64,000 nt of DNA from the NCBI GenBank assembly GCA_044220955.1, contig JBGAQA010000021.1, positions 22,783-86,782 on the forward strand, read 5' to 3'. Below the pieces are notes generated by a model. The model was not told the origin of the DNA, ran no database searches, and saw only the letters and a list, made by a program, of their open reading frames with translations. Source of the stretch: Sandaracinaceae bacterium. Its GTDB lineage: Bacteria > Myxococcota_A > Polyangia > Polyangiales > Sandaracinaceae. This document shows positions 42,596 through 53,200 of the stretch, in pieces; the first letter of the stretch is position 1; every line of letters begins with the position of its first letter. The translations under genes were made by a program, and so were the position numbers.

Positions 42596-44023
42596 ATGAG
42601 CGCGGCCGCATCGTTCGGAAAGACCACCCTCGTGCTCCTCGGGCTCTGGGCCGTGCTCGCCGCGGTCGGCCTCGCGTCCGGCGTGATTCCGCTGCCTGCA
42701 CGCGGTGGATCGGCGGGTGACGCCGCCCCCGGCGCGAGCGCCGACGCGGGCGGACCGACCCTCCCGGACGGCGGCGCGGGCGAGGACGCGGGAGGCGAGC
42801 CCCTCCCCGACGCCGGCGTCACGATCGCGGTCGAGGCGGCTCCGCCCGTCCACACCGGGCCCGCCTTGCCGAGATCGCGCGTCTGTGCGGAGCCCGCGCT
42901 CGCGCCCTCGCTCGCCGTCGCGGACGTCCTCGGCGACGCGCAGCCCGAGCTCGTCGTCGGCTGCGGCGCCAGCTGGGAGGTGATCGGTCGCGGGCCCGGC
43001 GGTGCCTGGATGCGGGTGGCTCACGTCGCGACGCCCGCGATCGCCTCCGATCGCTCGCCGCTGGCATCCGGCGCCGCCGCGATCGACGTCGACGCCGACG
43101 GCGACCTCGACACCTTGCTGCCGCTCGCGCGAGTCGGCGCGGGCGGGTCGACCGCCGGCGGCGGCCTCTACGTGCTCACGCGCGGCGCGTCGGGCGCGCT
43201 CGAGGCACCTCGTTCCCTCGCGCCCATCGCCGCGGTGAGCATCGCCGCCATCACGCTCGCCGCCGGCGCGGGCGTCGTGGTGCTCGATCGCGCCAACCCC
43301 TTCGCCCGCGAGCCCAGCGAGGCCTGGGTCTTCGCGCTCGGCGCCTCGCCGTCCCGGGTCGCGTCGCCGCGCGGGGGCGTCGGCGCGACCGGCCTCGGCG
43401 TCGTCGACCTCGATCGCGACGGCCGCCAGGATCTCCTGATCGCGTCGAGCGACGACTCGCGCCTCGACATCCTGTACGGCGACGAGGCCGGCCACTTCGC
43501 GCGGACGCGGACGCTCTCGTCCCCGAGCGCGACCGAGGTCGCCGTGGGCGATCTCGACGGGGACGGCGCGCCGGACGCGCTCGTCGTCGGCGCGACCGTG
43601 TCCCGCCTCCTCTCGCGCACCGAGGGCGAGCCCGCGCTCGCGGCGATCGAGGGCGCGCCCGCGCTGCGGGATGCCCAGATCCTCGACGTCGATCACGACG
43701 GCCGCGCCGACGTGGTCGGCTGGTCGCACCCGAGGCTCGTCGTGCTGGCCGGTCTCGGCGACGGCGCGTACGAGACGCGAACGCTCTTCGAGCTGGCCGG
43801 GGGTGAGGTCGGCCCGAGGCGTCAGGTCGTCGCCGATCTCGACGGCGACGGCGCGGCCGAGGTCGTCCTGCTCGCATCGGGCGAAGACGGCGGCACGCGC
43901 ATGCTCGATCTCGTCGTGGTCCCGTCGTCCGAGCGTGGGCTCGTCCGGACCGAGCTCGCGCGGCCGATGCCGGACGCGCCGCTCTGGCTCGACCTCACGC
44001 TGCCCGACCCCAACGCGCCCTGA
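42596..44023 (+). CDS. FG-GAP/VCBS repeat protein
   Basis: Repeated DVDADGDLD, DLDRDGRQD, DLDGDGAPD, DVDHDGRAD; N-terminal TM/signal. Confidence 0.85.
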   Translation: MSAAASFGKTTLVLLGLWAVLAAVGLASGVIPLPARGGSAGDAAPGASADAGGPTLPDGGAGEDAGGEPLPDAGVTIAVEAAPPVHTGPALPRSRVCAEPALAPSLAVADVLGDAQPELVVGCGASWEVIGRGPGGAWMRVAHVATPAIASDRSPLASGAAAIDVDADGDLDTLLPLARVGAGGSTAGGGLYVLTRGASGALEAPRSLAPIAAVSIAAITLAAGAGVVVLDRANPFAREPSEAWVFALGASPSRVASPRGGVGATGLGVVDLDRDGRQDLLIASSDDSRLDILYGDEAGHFARTRTLSSPSATEVAVGDLDGDGAPDALVVGATVSRLLSRTEGEPALAAIEGAPALRDAQILDVDHDGRADVVGWSHPRLVVLAGLGDGAYETRTLFELAGGEVGPRRQVVADLDGDGAAEVVLLASGEDGGTRMLDLVVVPSSERGLVRTELARPMPDAPLWLDLTLPDPNAP

Positions 44024-44027
44024 TCGA

Positions 44028-44693
44028 CTACCGGGCTCGGGGCGCGAAGCGATCGCGCGCGGCGACCCAGCGTACGAGGTCGAACGTCGAGCAGATTCCA
44101 CGCAAGGTGCCCGTGTCGCTCACCACGAGAACGTGATGAACGCGCTCGCGGGCCATCACCGCCGCCGTCGCCGCGATCGACGTTCGCTCGAGCACCGCAT
44201 GCACCACGGGCGTCATCACGTCGCGCGCGGTGAGCCCGCTCGTGTCGAGCAGCCGCCCGTCCTCCCCGTCCAGGTCGGGATCGGCGAGCTGCACGTCGGC
44301 GCGCGGCTCGTCGCGCTCGCGGAGCAGATCGCTCTTGGACAGGATCCCGATCGGTCGCGACGCGGCATCGACGACCGGGACCGCGCCGATGCCCCGCTCG
44401 AGGAGCAGCCACTGGATGTTCTCGAGCGAGGCGTCGGCGAGCACCGTCACGACCTGGCGCGTCATGATGCTGCTGATCGCCGCGCCCGGACCGGGCGAGC
44501 CTTCGAGTGCGTCCGCGGGCTCGACCGCGCAGCGCACGCCGACCCGCCCATCGAGCTCGAGGCCTTCGCAGAGCTCGCACTGGGCGCAGTCCTGCAAGGA
44601 AACGGGGTCGATGCGCTGAGGGCAGGCCACGACCAGCTCCCGCTCCTCGTCCTCGCCACGCGTGACCCGTCGTGAGTGGGTGGGCAGCGTCAT
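44028..44693 (-). CDS. CBS-pair protein with Cys-rich N-terminus
   Basis: SD GGAGG; two CBS motifs (IMT...GAVPVVD...GILSKSDL; VMT...GICSTFDL). Confidence 0.85.
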   Translation of the reverse strand: MTLPTHSRRVTRGEDEERELVVACPQRIDPVSLQDCAQCELCEGLELDGRVGVRCAVEPADALEGSPGPGAAISSIMTRQVVTVLADASLENIQWLLLERGIGAVPVVDAASRPIGILSKSDLLRERDEPRADVQLADPDLDGEDGRLLDTSGLTARDVMTPVVHAVLERTSIAATAAVMARERVHHVLVVSDTGTLRGICSTFDLVRWVAARDRFAPRAR

Positions 44694-44848
44694 CGGAACC
44701 TCCGCTGGTCGCCTAAGCGCCCGGCCGCGTCCGGGCGTGCGAAGCGTCACCCGAGGCGCACTCCTGCCCACCCATCCTCGCACGCGGCGGCATCGCGAGA
44801 TCCGCAACCACGATCGCCTGCGGCCTCGGCTCCGCCTGTGCGTCGTGC

Positions 44849-44878
44849 TTGACCCCCGATCCCCCGCGAACCTACACT
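44849..44878 (+). promoter_or_regulatory. Sigma70-type promoter upstream of the SgmX-like gene
   Basis: TTGACC-N18-TACACT. Confidence 0.6.
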
Positions 44879-44955
44879 CGAAATCGCGTAGTTTCTGCGG
44901 GCCAGCGCGGTGCTGGGCCTGTCGGCGACGTACGCGCTCGGGGTTCGTACCTACC

Positions 44956-47784
44956 GTGAGCGTCGATCGCACCAAAGTCCTCGAGGCGGCCCAGAAGCAC
45001 CTCGCCAAAGGCGCGTTCGACAAGGCCATCGCCGAGTTCCAGAAGCTCGTCAAGGCCGACCCGAAGGACGTCCGGACCTGGCTGAAGATCGGCGACCTGC
45101 AGGACAAGGTCGGTCAGAAGAAGGACGCGATCGAGACGTACGGGCGCGTCGCCGAGCAGTACGCCCAGCAGGGCTTCTTCCTGAAGGCGGTCGCGGTCTT
45201 CAAGCAGATCCTCAAGCTCGACCCGGCTCGCCTCGACGTGCAGCTCAAGCTCGCCGAGATGTACGAGCAGCTCCAGCTCGTCTCGGACGCGCTGCAGACG
45301 TACGAGATGGTCGCCGGTACGTACGCGCGCGCGGGCGACATGGAGCGTGCGCTCACGACGCTCGGGCGGATGGTCGCGCTCGACGAGAACAACATCCCGA
45401 CGCGGATCAAGTACGCCGAGGCGCTCTCGCGCGCGGGCAAGACCGCGGAGGCGGCGACCGCGTTCGAGGCCGGCGCGCGCCTGCTGAAGCAGAGCGGCCG
45501 CATCGACGACTACCTCAAGGTGGCCGAGCGCCTGCTCTACCACCGCCCCGAGGACGTCGCGCTCTCGCGCGAGCTGGCGCAGATGTACCTCGACCGCAAC
45601 GACGGCAAGCGCGCGCTGGCGAAGCTGCAGGTCTGCTTCAAGGCCGACCCGAAGGACGTCCAGACGCTCGACATGCTCGCGAGCGCGTTCGAGCAGCTCG
45701 GCCAGCTCCCCAAGACCATCAGCGTCTACCGCGAGGTCGCGCGCATCCACGCCGAGGCGCATCGGCCCGAGGAGCGCGCGCTCACGCTGAAGCGGATCCT
45801 GACGCTCGACCCCGGAGATGCCGAGGCGCGTCAGGCGCTCGCTGCGTACGCAGCGCCCGCGCCTGCACCCCCGCGGCGGGACCTCGCGCCGCCGCCTGGC
45901 GCGGTGATCGAGCCGAGCCGGCCGGGGCATCGCGCGCCGCCCCCGCAGGAGATCGAGCCCGAGGAGGAGGACGCCGAGGAGATCCTGGAGAGCGAGGAGC
46001 TCTCCGACGAGGAGGCCGACGCGATCGAGGCCGCCGAGGCGGCCGAAGCGGCCGAGGCCGAGGAGATGCTCGCGGCCGGCAGCGACGACGACGACGACGT
46101 CATCATCGTCGACGACGAGGTCGCGGCGCCCTCCGCCCCGGCGCCCGCGCCCACGCCCGCGCACGTCGAGGCCGAGCCCGCTCCGCGGCCGAGCCTGCCC
46201 CCCGAGGTCGCGCGCGAGGCCCAGATCGCGAAGCTCCTGACCGAGTGCGAGGTCTTCCTGCGCTACGGGCTGAAGCAGAAGGTCGTCGAGCAACTGCGCC
46301 GCGTGCTCACGATCGATCCACAGCACGTCGAGGCGCGCGAGCGGCTGAAGGACGTCCTCGTCGAGCGCGGCGAGACGACGGCCGCGGCCGCGGAGCTCGT
46401 CACGCTCGCCGACCAGTTCGCGAGCGACAAGCCGCCCGTCGCGGTGCTCTACCTGCGACAGGCCCTCGAGATCGACCCCGGCAACGGGGACGCGGTCGCG
46501 CGCCTCGCGCGCCTCGCCCCCGACCCCGCCAAGCGCTCGATCGCGCCCAAGCTCGTGCCGCCGCCGGGCGCGCTGCGTCCTCCGAGCTCCATCGCGTCGT
46601 CTCCGGCCCCGGCGAACGAGGACGAGGTCTTCTTCGTCGACGACGAGCCCCAGGCGGCCGACGGGCGCGAGGCCGGAGGGAGCGCCGTCCAGCGTGCGGC
46701 GACGACCGAGGACGGGCCCTTCGAGGGCGAGGAGCAGACGGTCTACGGCGCGCCCGACGGACTCGACGCTGCGCGTCTCGAGGACGACCGCGACGTGCTG
46801 CGCACGGAGACCGGCGAGGACGACGAAGAGCCCGAGGCGGAGCCGGCGGGCACCCTCGTCGCGCGCTCGCCGCTCGAGGCGCCCCGCGCCGACCCGCTCG
46901 CGCCGATCAGCCCCGAGGAGTTCGAGAGCGCCCCGCTGCGTCCGAGCGCGCCCGGTCCGGTGCCCGGCGGCCTCGAGCGCGTCTCGCGCAGCTCGATCGC
47001 GCCCGGTGAGGTCGAGGAGCTGCTCGACGAGGCCGAGTTCTTCCTCGCACAGGGGCTCTTCGAGGAGGCGCGGAGCCTGCTCGCGGACGCGCTGAGCGCG
47101 CACCCCCGCCACCCCGTCATCCGCGACAAGCTCGCCGAGGTCACGGAGGCCGCCAACCAGGCCGCAGCGTCGGCGGCTCAGTCGGCGCCGCCGGCCTCCG
47201 ATCAGGCGTTCGAGCTCGCGGAGAAGCTCGCCGACGACTTCGGGCCGTCCGGCCAGGCGCAGCCCGCGGGCAGCGACGTGCTCGACGTGGAGCAGGTCTT
47301 CGCGCAGTTCAAGAAAGGGGTCGAGCAGCAGGTCGGCCTCGAGGACACCGACACGCACTTCGACCTCGGCATCGCCTACAAGGAGATGGGGCTCTTGCAC
47401 GACGCCATCGCCGAGTTCGGCCTCTGCCTGGCCAACCCGCAGCGCGTCTGCATCGCCGAGACGATGATCGGCCTGTGCCACCTCGAGAAGGGCGAGATCG
47501 CCGAGGGCATCATCCACTACAAGAAGGGCCTCTACGCCCCGAACAAGACCGATCGCGAGGAGCTGGGCCTCTACTACGAGCTCGGTCGCGCGTACGAGCT
47601 GCTCGGCGATCCGAAGGAGGCGCTCTACTACTACGAGAAGGTCAAGAAGCGCGACGCCACGTTCCGCAACGTGGACGAGCGCATCGACGCCCTCGCGCGC
47701 CCCGCGCCTGCGCAGAGCGTGGTCGCAGCGAACCCGGCGGACGACATCGACGCCGTGTTCGACGATCTGATGGGCAAGGAGTAG
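44956..47784 (+). CDS. sgmX: Large TPR protein resembling SgmX (type IV pilus motility, MglA effector)
   Basis: N-terminal TPR block (KGAFDKAI, GFFLKAVA..KQILKL, KRALAKLQVCFKAD) recalled as matching myxobacterial SgmX; acidic linkers; C-terminal THFDLGIAYKEMGL TPRs. Confidence 0.75.
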   Translation: MSVDRTKVLEAAQKHLAKGAFDKAIAEFQKLVKADPKDVRTWLKIGDLQDKVGQKKDAIETYGRVAEQYAQQGFFLKAVAVFKQILKLDPARLDVQLKLAEMYEQLQLVSDALQTYEMVAGTYARAGDMERALTTLGRMVALDENNIPTRIKYAEALSRAGKTAEAATAFEAGARLLKQSGRIDDYLKVAERLLYHRPEDVALSRELAQMYLDRNDGKRALAKLQVCFKADPKDVQTLDMLASAFEQLGQLPKTISVYREVARIHAEAHRPEERALTLKRILTLDPGDAEARQALAAYAAPAPAPPRRDLAPPPGAVIEPSRPGHRAPPPQEIEPEEEDAEEILESEELSDEEADAIEAAEAAEAAEAEEMLAAGSDDDDDVIIVDDEVAAPSAPAPAPTPAHVEAEPAPRPSLPPEVAREAQIAKLLTECEVFLRYGLKQKVVEQLRRVLTIDPQHVEARERLKDVLVERGETTAAAAELVTLADQFASDKPPVAVLYLRQALEIDPGNGDAVARLARLAPDPAKRSIAPKLVPPPGALRPPSSIASSPAPANEDEVFFVDDEPQAADGREAGGSAVQRAATTEDGPFEGEEQTVYGAPDGLDAARLEDDRDVLRTETGEDDEEPEAEPAGTLVARSPLEAPRADPLAPISPEEFESAPLRPSAPGPVPGGLERVSRSSIAPGEVEELLDEAEFFLAQGLFEEARSLLADALSAHPRHPVIRDKLAEVTEAANQAAASAAQSAPPASDQAFELAEKLADDFGPSGQAQPAGSDVLDVEQVFAQFKKGVEQQVGLEDTDTHFDLGIAYKEMGLLHDAIAEFGLCLANPQRVCIAETMIGLCHLEKGEIAEGIIHYKKGLYAPNKTDREELGLYYELGRAYELLGDPKEALYYYEKVKKRDATFRNVDERIDALARPAPAQSVVAANPADDIDAVFDDLMGKE

Positions 47785-47831
47785 CCGCGGCCACCGCGCG
47801 CTCGGACGTGGACCCTCGAGCGTCCCGCCCC

Positions 47832-48785
47832 TCAGGGCGTCCCGCCGCACCCGAGCGCGAGCGAGGGCTCGCCCGCGATGGGCTGCTCGTAGCAGCCGCC
47901 CTCGGGGGCGTTCGTCCGGCCCGTCAGCGGGGACCAGTCGTAGCCGTAGCCGTGTCCAGGCGAGTCGGCGTAGAAGCGCATCGGGTAGAGGTGCCGGCGC
48001 CGGTACGAGAGCGAGCCGAAGGGAGGCGCCAGCGACACGTCCCGCACGCTGCCGAGCCCCTCGCGCCACGCGTACCGGCGACCGACCATCGACACGTAGT
48101 TGTCGACGAAGGTGCGACCCGCGCCCCACCCGATCGGCAGGTGCGAGAGAAGCTCGGGCATGTCCGACTCGCTGCCGGTGATCTCGACGAGCAGGCCGTC
48201 CGGCGCGTCGAAGAGGGTCAGCTGTGCGGGGGGCGTGCTCATCGCGGCGGCGGCCACCGCGGCGACGCGCGCCCCGTAGCTGTGGCCGATCAGCTGGATC
48301 CGCCCGTTCCCCGAGTAGAAGTCGTCCGCCACCGCGCCGTCGATGGCCTCGGCCAGGACCTCGCCGTACACCGTCGTGCGCGCGAGCGCGCGCCGCTGTG
48401 CGAGCGGGACGGCCATGGTGCTCGACTCGTCCGCCCACGAGTAGGCCACGACGACGGCGTGGGGATCGTGGCTGACGATCACCTCGGCGAGGTCGGGCAT
48501 CCAGGGCTCGAAGGGCTCGCCCGCCGCGCTCGTCAGCTCCCAGCCGCGCTGGTGGTCCTCCTGGATGGGCGTCCGGTCCCAGCCGGGGGTCCAGCCGTGG
48601 ACCAGGACGCGCAGCGTGCTCGGCGGGAGCGAGCGCGGGGTCACCTCCACGAAGCGCGTGCCGTCCCAGCGCCCGAGCCGGGCCACCGGCGCGATGGCGT
48701 GGTCGACCGACTCCTGCACCATCCGCGGTCGAGGGATGGTGCAGGCCGCCAGGGCTCCGACGACGATGCAGTTGATCCAGCGCAA
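47832..48785 (-). CDS. Alpha/beta hydrolase lipoprotein
   Basis: Lipobox LAAC; VLVHGW, IGHSYGA, LTLFD, FVDNY. Confidence 0.72.
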   Translation of the reverse strand: MRWINCIVVGALAACTIPRPRMVQESVDHAIAPVARLGRWDGTRFVEVTPRSLPPSTLRVLVHGWTPGWDRTPIQEDHQRGWELTSAAGEPFEPWMPDLAEVIVSHDPHAVVVAYSWADESSTMAVPLAQRRALARTTVYGEVLAEAIDGAVADDFYSGNGRIQLIGHSYGARVAAVAAAAMSTPPAQLTLFDAPDGLLVEITGSESDMPELLSHLPIGWGAGRTFVDNYVSMVGRRYAWREGLGSVRDVSLAPPFGSLSYRRRHLYPMRFYADSPGHGYGYDWSPLTGRTNAPEGGCYEQPIAGEPSLALGCGGTP

Positions 48786-48825
48786 TCGCTAGAGCGTGGG
48801 CTCGGATCGAGGCGGGACGCAAGCG

Positions 48826-49665
48826 CTAGGCGTCCGCGAAGCGCTCCCAGCCGCGGACCGTGCGTCGGAGCAGGGTCGGCGAGATCACGTGGTCGCCCTC
48901 CTCGATGATCTCGTCGGCGATCTCGCCCATCCGCGCGACGGCGCCCTCGCTCGCCGCGTCGGCGAAGAGCATCACGTCGCGCGCCGGGACGCAGGCGACG
49001 ATCTCGCCCTCGAGGCCGAGCGCCACGCGCGCCCACACGTCGTCGAGCAAGAGCAGGCTCGCCTCCAGGTCCCCGCCGGACACCAGCATGCCGATGCGCG
49101 GGCCCTCCTCGTCGAGCGTGCGCTGCTCGACCTCGGCGACCTTCGTCGCGAGGTTCGAGACGGCGCGCGCGACGACGCCATCCTCGTCGATGCCCAGGCG
49201 CTCGAGCGTCTTGCGCGTCGCGAGGTGCTGGGTGTGCTCGCCGTCGAACGCCAGCACGAGGAAGAGGTCCGCCACGAACGGGTGCACGACGACCGACTCC
49301 GGGCCCTCGCGCGCCCCGAGCTCCTCGACGTAGCGCGCGTCGCGCACCAGCGGGACGAGATCCTCCTCGCGCAGCGCCTCCTCCTGCTCGCTGGTGCGCA
49401 GGGCCTCCTTGATGGCGCGCGCGAAGTACTCGACGAGGCCCACGCGGGCCTCGGGGCCCTCGGCCTGAGCGAGCGAGGCGCGGAGGTTGTCGAGGCGGAT
49501 GCGAAGCTCGGCGCCCGCGTCGGTCTTCATCGAGATCTCGCCGCCGCTGACGACCTCGACGCTGCCGACGCTGAGCTCGGCCAGCGCAGCGCCGACCACC
49601 GGTGCGAGCGCCTGGCCTCCGTGCTCGCCCGAGCGGAGGGTGGCGCGCCAATCGCGTGCTCTCAT
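48826..49665 (-). CDS. DUF1444-like hypothetical protein
   Basis: LVPLVR, ARAVSNL, EASLLL, VACVPARDVMLF, ISPTL. Confidence 0.6.
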   Translation of the reverse strand: MRARDWRATLRSGEHGGQALAPVVGAALAELSVGSVEVVSGGEISMKTDAGAELRIRLDNLRASLAQAEGPEARVGLVEYFARAIKEALRTSEQEEALREEDLVPLVRDARYVEELGAREGPESVVVHPFVADLFLVLAFDGEHTQHLATRKTLERLGIDEDGVVARAVSNLATKVAEVEQRTLDEEGPRIGMLVSGGDLEASLLLLDDVWARVALGLEGEIVACVPARDVMLFADAASEGAVARMGEIADEIIEEGDHVISPTLLRRTVRGWERFADA

Positions 49666-49791
49666 GGGTGAGGCACTCTAGCCCGAGCACGCGGCGCGTC
49701 ACGCCCCTCGAGCGTGGGGGTCTCGACGCCCCGGCCGCGGCCTCGCGCCCCCGAACGCCGCACGCTCGCCACGAGACGACTGGGGAATCGG

Positions 49792-49808
49792 CTGGTCGCC
49801 CGATTGCT
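49792..49808 (+). promoter_or_regulatory. Sigma54 -24/-12 promoter
   Basis: CTGGTCGCCCGATTGCT (GG-N10-GC with TTGC), 12 nt before ATG 49821. Confidence 0.55.
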
Positions 49809-49820
49809 TGCTCGAAGGCG

Positions 49821-50210
49821 ATGGACCCCCGGCAGCGAGCCCGGACGCCGTTGCCCCCTCGCCCCTCGGCGGCGAGCGGCGCCGTGGACGCGGCGCACCG
49901 GCTCCTGGCGGCGCTGATCGCGCGCGACCCGGGGCCGGCGGAGGCGCTCTTCGCACCCTCGGCGTGCCTCTGGTGGTCACAGCGCGGCGGCCTCGCCTCG
50001 GTGGAGGGGCCCGGAACGACGACACGGGAGCTGATCGGCCTGCTCGAGGCCTCGACGCCGACGAGGCTGGCGATCATGGCGAACGGCGAGGGCAGCGCCG
50101 TGACGTCCGCCTACGCCGACGACGCCATCGCCTGGTCGCTCGAGCTGCGTGTCGAAGGCAGCGCGATCGTCGGCGGCTACCTGCGCGGCGCCAAGCTCCG
50201 GCTGCCCTGA
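49821..50210 (+). CDS. Small NTF2/SnoaL-like protein
   Basis: AALIARD....ALFAPSA and C-terminal LRVEGSAIV strand pattern. Confidence 0.55.
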   Translation: MDPRQRARTPLPPRPSAASGAVDAAHRLLAALIARDPGPAEALFAPSACLWWSQRGGLASVEGPGTTTRELIGLLEASTPTRLAIMANGEGSAVTSAYADDAIAWSLELRVEGSAIVGGYLRGAKLRLP

Positions 50211-50237
50211 CCCGACACCCCGGCGCCTGGCTCGGAT

Positions 50238-53200
50238 CTAGAGGTTCCTGCGGTACTCGCCGCCCACCGCGTAGAGCCGGCGCGTGATCTGGCCGAGCGA
50301 GCAGTGCTCGACGGCGTCGAGGAGCGCCGCGAACCCGTTCTCGCCCGACAGACACGCCCGCTCGAGGCGCGCCAGCATCGCCGGGGCCGCCTCCGCGTGC
50401 TCCGCGTGGAACGCGCGGAGGCGCGCGATGCACGTGTTCTTCTCCGCCTCGCTGGCGCGGGAGAGCGCGACGTCGCGCGGGATCGACGCCTCGCCCCCCT
50501 TCCCTCCGGACACCGCCTTCGCGAGGAAGGTGTTCACACCCACGATCGGCAGCTCGCCCGAGTGCTTCATCCGCTCGTACTTCATCGAGTCGTCCTGGAT
50601 GGCGCCGCGCTGGTACTGGCGCTCCATCGCCCCGAGCACGCCGCCGCGATCGGTCAGGCGGTCGAACTCCGACAGCACCGCCTCCTCGACGAGGTCGGTG
50701 AGCTCCTCGACGAAGAACGAGCCCTGCGTGGCGTTCTCGTTCCAGACCATCCCGAATTCCTTGTTGATGATCTGCTGGATCGCCAGCGCGCGTCGCACGC
50801 TCTCCTCGGTCGGCGTCGTGATCGCCTCGTCGTAGGCGTTGGTGTGGAGCGACTGCGCGTTGTCGTAGGTCGCGAGCAGCGCCTGCAGCGTCGTGCGGAT
50901 GTCGTTGAACTGGATCTCCATCGCGTGGAGCGAGCGGCCGCTCGTCTGGATGTGGTACTTCAGCATCTGCGAGCGCGCGTCGGCGCCGTAGAGGCGCTTC
51001 ATCGCCACGGCCCAGATGCGGCGCGCCACGCGTCCGAGCACCGTGTACTCGGCGTCCATCCCGTTCGAGAAGAAGAACGAGAGGTTCGGCGCGAACGCGT
51101 TCACGTCCATCCCGCGCGAGCGGTAGTACTCCACGTACGTGAAGCCGTTCGCGAGCGTGAAGGCGAGCTGGTGGATCGGGTTCGCTCCTGCTTCCGCGAT
51201 GTGATAGCCGCTGATCGACACCGAGTAGAAGTTCCGCACGTCGTGGTCGATGAAGAACTGCTGGACGTCGCCCATCATCCGCAGCGCGAACTCGGTCGAG
51301 AAGATGCAGGTGTTCTGCCCCTGATCCTCCTTGAGGATGTCGGCCTGCACGGTCCCGCGGATCTGCCGGAGCGTGTTGGCGCGAACGGCCGCGAAGTCGG
51401 CGTCCGAGATCATCGCGCGGACGTCGTGCCACCTCGCGCCGCGGGCGCGGTCGGGACCGAGCGCCTGCTCCCTGGTGATCGCGAGCTCGCCCTTCTCCCG
51501 GAGCCAGAGCCGCGTCTGCTGGCGGACCGCCGTCTGCACGAAGAACGCCAGCACCGTCGGCGCCGGGCCGTTGATGGTCATCGAGACGCTCGTCGCGGGA
51601 TTGCAGAGATCGAACCCCGCGTAGAGCTGCTCGGCCTCTTCCACCGTGGCGATCGAGACGCCGCTCTCGCCGATCTTTCCGAAGATGTCCGGCCGCTCGT
51701 CGGGATCCTCCCCGTAGAGCGTGATGGAGTCGAAAGCGGTCGAGAGGCGCGCCGCCGGCTGCCCGGCCGCGAGGAGGTGGAAGCGCTGGTTCGTCCGCTC
51801 GCTCGGGCCCTCGCCCGCGAACATGCGCGTCGGATCCTCGCCCGTGCGCTTGAAGGGGAACGTGCCCGCCGTGTACGGGAACTCGCCAGGGACGTTCTCC
51901 TTCAGGCGGAAGCGGAGACGGTCACCGGCGCCGCGCAGGCGCGGGAGCGCCACCTTCGGGACCGAGAGGTCGCTGAGCGAGGCGCGGAAGTTGTCGACCT
52001 CGACCTTCTTGCCGCGCACCTGGTACGCGAACTTCGGCGTCCGGTAGTTCGCCGCCCAAGCGTCCCAGTGCGCGAGGAGCTCGGCGTTGCCGGGGTCGAG
52101 CCCCGCGGCGAGGTCGGCCGCCCGGGCGCGGAGCTCGCCGGCGGCCTCGGGCGCGACCGCCGCGGCGCGCGTGAGCGCGTCGACGTCGGCCGCGATCTCG
52201 GCCTGCGCGCGGGCCCAGGCGTCGTAGCCGCGGCACGCCTCCGAGATCTGGCTCAGGTAGCGCTCGCGCCCCGTCGGCACGATGTCGCCGTGGCCATCGG
52301 TCGCTCGGACCGCGCCGGCCTCGTGGCGCGAGACCCAGCCGAGACCGCCGCGCTCGGACACGTGCTTCACGAGGTGCGCGTAGAGCGCGTTCACGCCCGC
52401 GTCGTTGAAGTGCGCCGCGCTCGTGCCGAACACCATCAGGGACTCGGGCTTGGCGTCGACGAGCTTGCGCGAGCGCGCGACCTGGCGGCGCACGTCCCGC
52501 AGCGCGTCCTCGCTGCCACGCCGCGTGAACTTGTTGATCACCACGAAGTCCGCGTGGTCGAGCATCTCGATCTTCTCGAGCTGGCTCGCCGCGCCGTACT
52601 CGGCGGTCATCACGTAGACGCTGGTGCTGGCGAGCTCGAGGATCGCGCTGTCGCCCTGCCCGATGCCCGCGGTCTCCACGAAGATCAGGTCGAAACCCGC
52701 GCTCTGCATCGCGCGCAGCACGCCCTTGGCCCCCGCGCTCACCTCGCTGCCGCTGCCGCGGGTGGCCATCGAGCGCATGTACGCCCGCGCGGACGCGAGC
52801 GAGTTCATCCGGATCCTGTCGCCGAGCAGCGCGCCGCCGGTCTTCTTCTTGGTGGGGTCGATGCAGAGGACGGCGACCTTCTTGTCGGGGAAGTCCGTGA
52901 CGAAGCGCCGCACCAGCTCGTCGGTGAGCGAGCTCTTGCCTGCGCCACCGGTGCCGGTGAGCCCGATGATCGGCGGGCGCCGGGCCGGCAGCGCGAGCGA
53001 GGCAGCATCGACCTTGCCGTTCTCGACGCGCGTGAGCAGCCGGCCGAGCGGCATCCACCCTTCCCCCTCGAGCGGCGCATCGACGGCGAAGTCGCAGCCC
53101 TTCACCACGAGGTCGATCATCCCCTGAAGCCCCAGGCTGCGGCCGTCCTCGGGCGAGAAGACGCGGTCGATCCCGCGCGCGTGGAGGTGATCGATCTCGC

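Noticed and set aside
44704..44720. Plus-strand GG-N10-GC element (CTGGTCGCCTAAGCGC)
   Set aside because: Lacks the TTGC -12 consensus, and a good sigma70 promoter lies closer to the downstream gene; likely chance
44885..44955. GGTTCG-containing stretch resembling a tRNA T-arm
   Set aside because: No matching T-stem, acceptor stem or cloverleaf; it is the leader of the SgmX-like gene
44872..48822. 1316-aa antisense ORF and similar very long shadow ORFs (50304-54506, 25836-28868, 34046-36955)
   Set aside because: Arg/Ala/Gly-rich frames overlapping well-supported genes, expected from stop-codon scarcity at high GC; only the real 3' portions (e.g. the cytochrome at 53613) were kept
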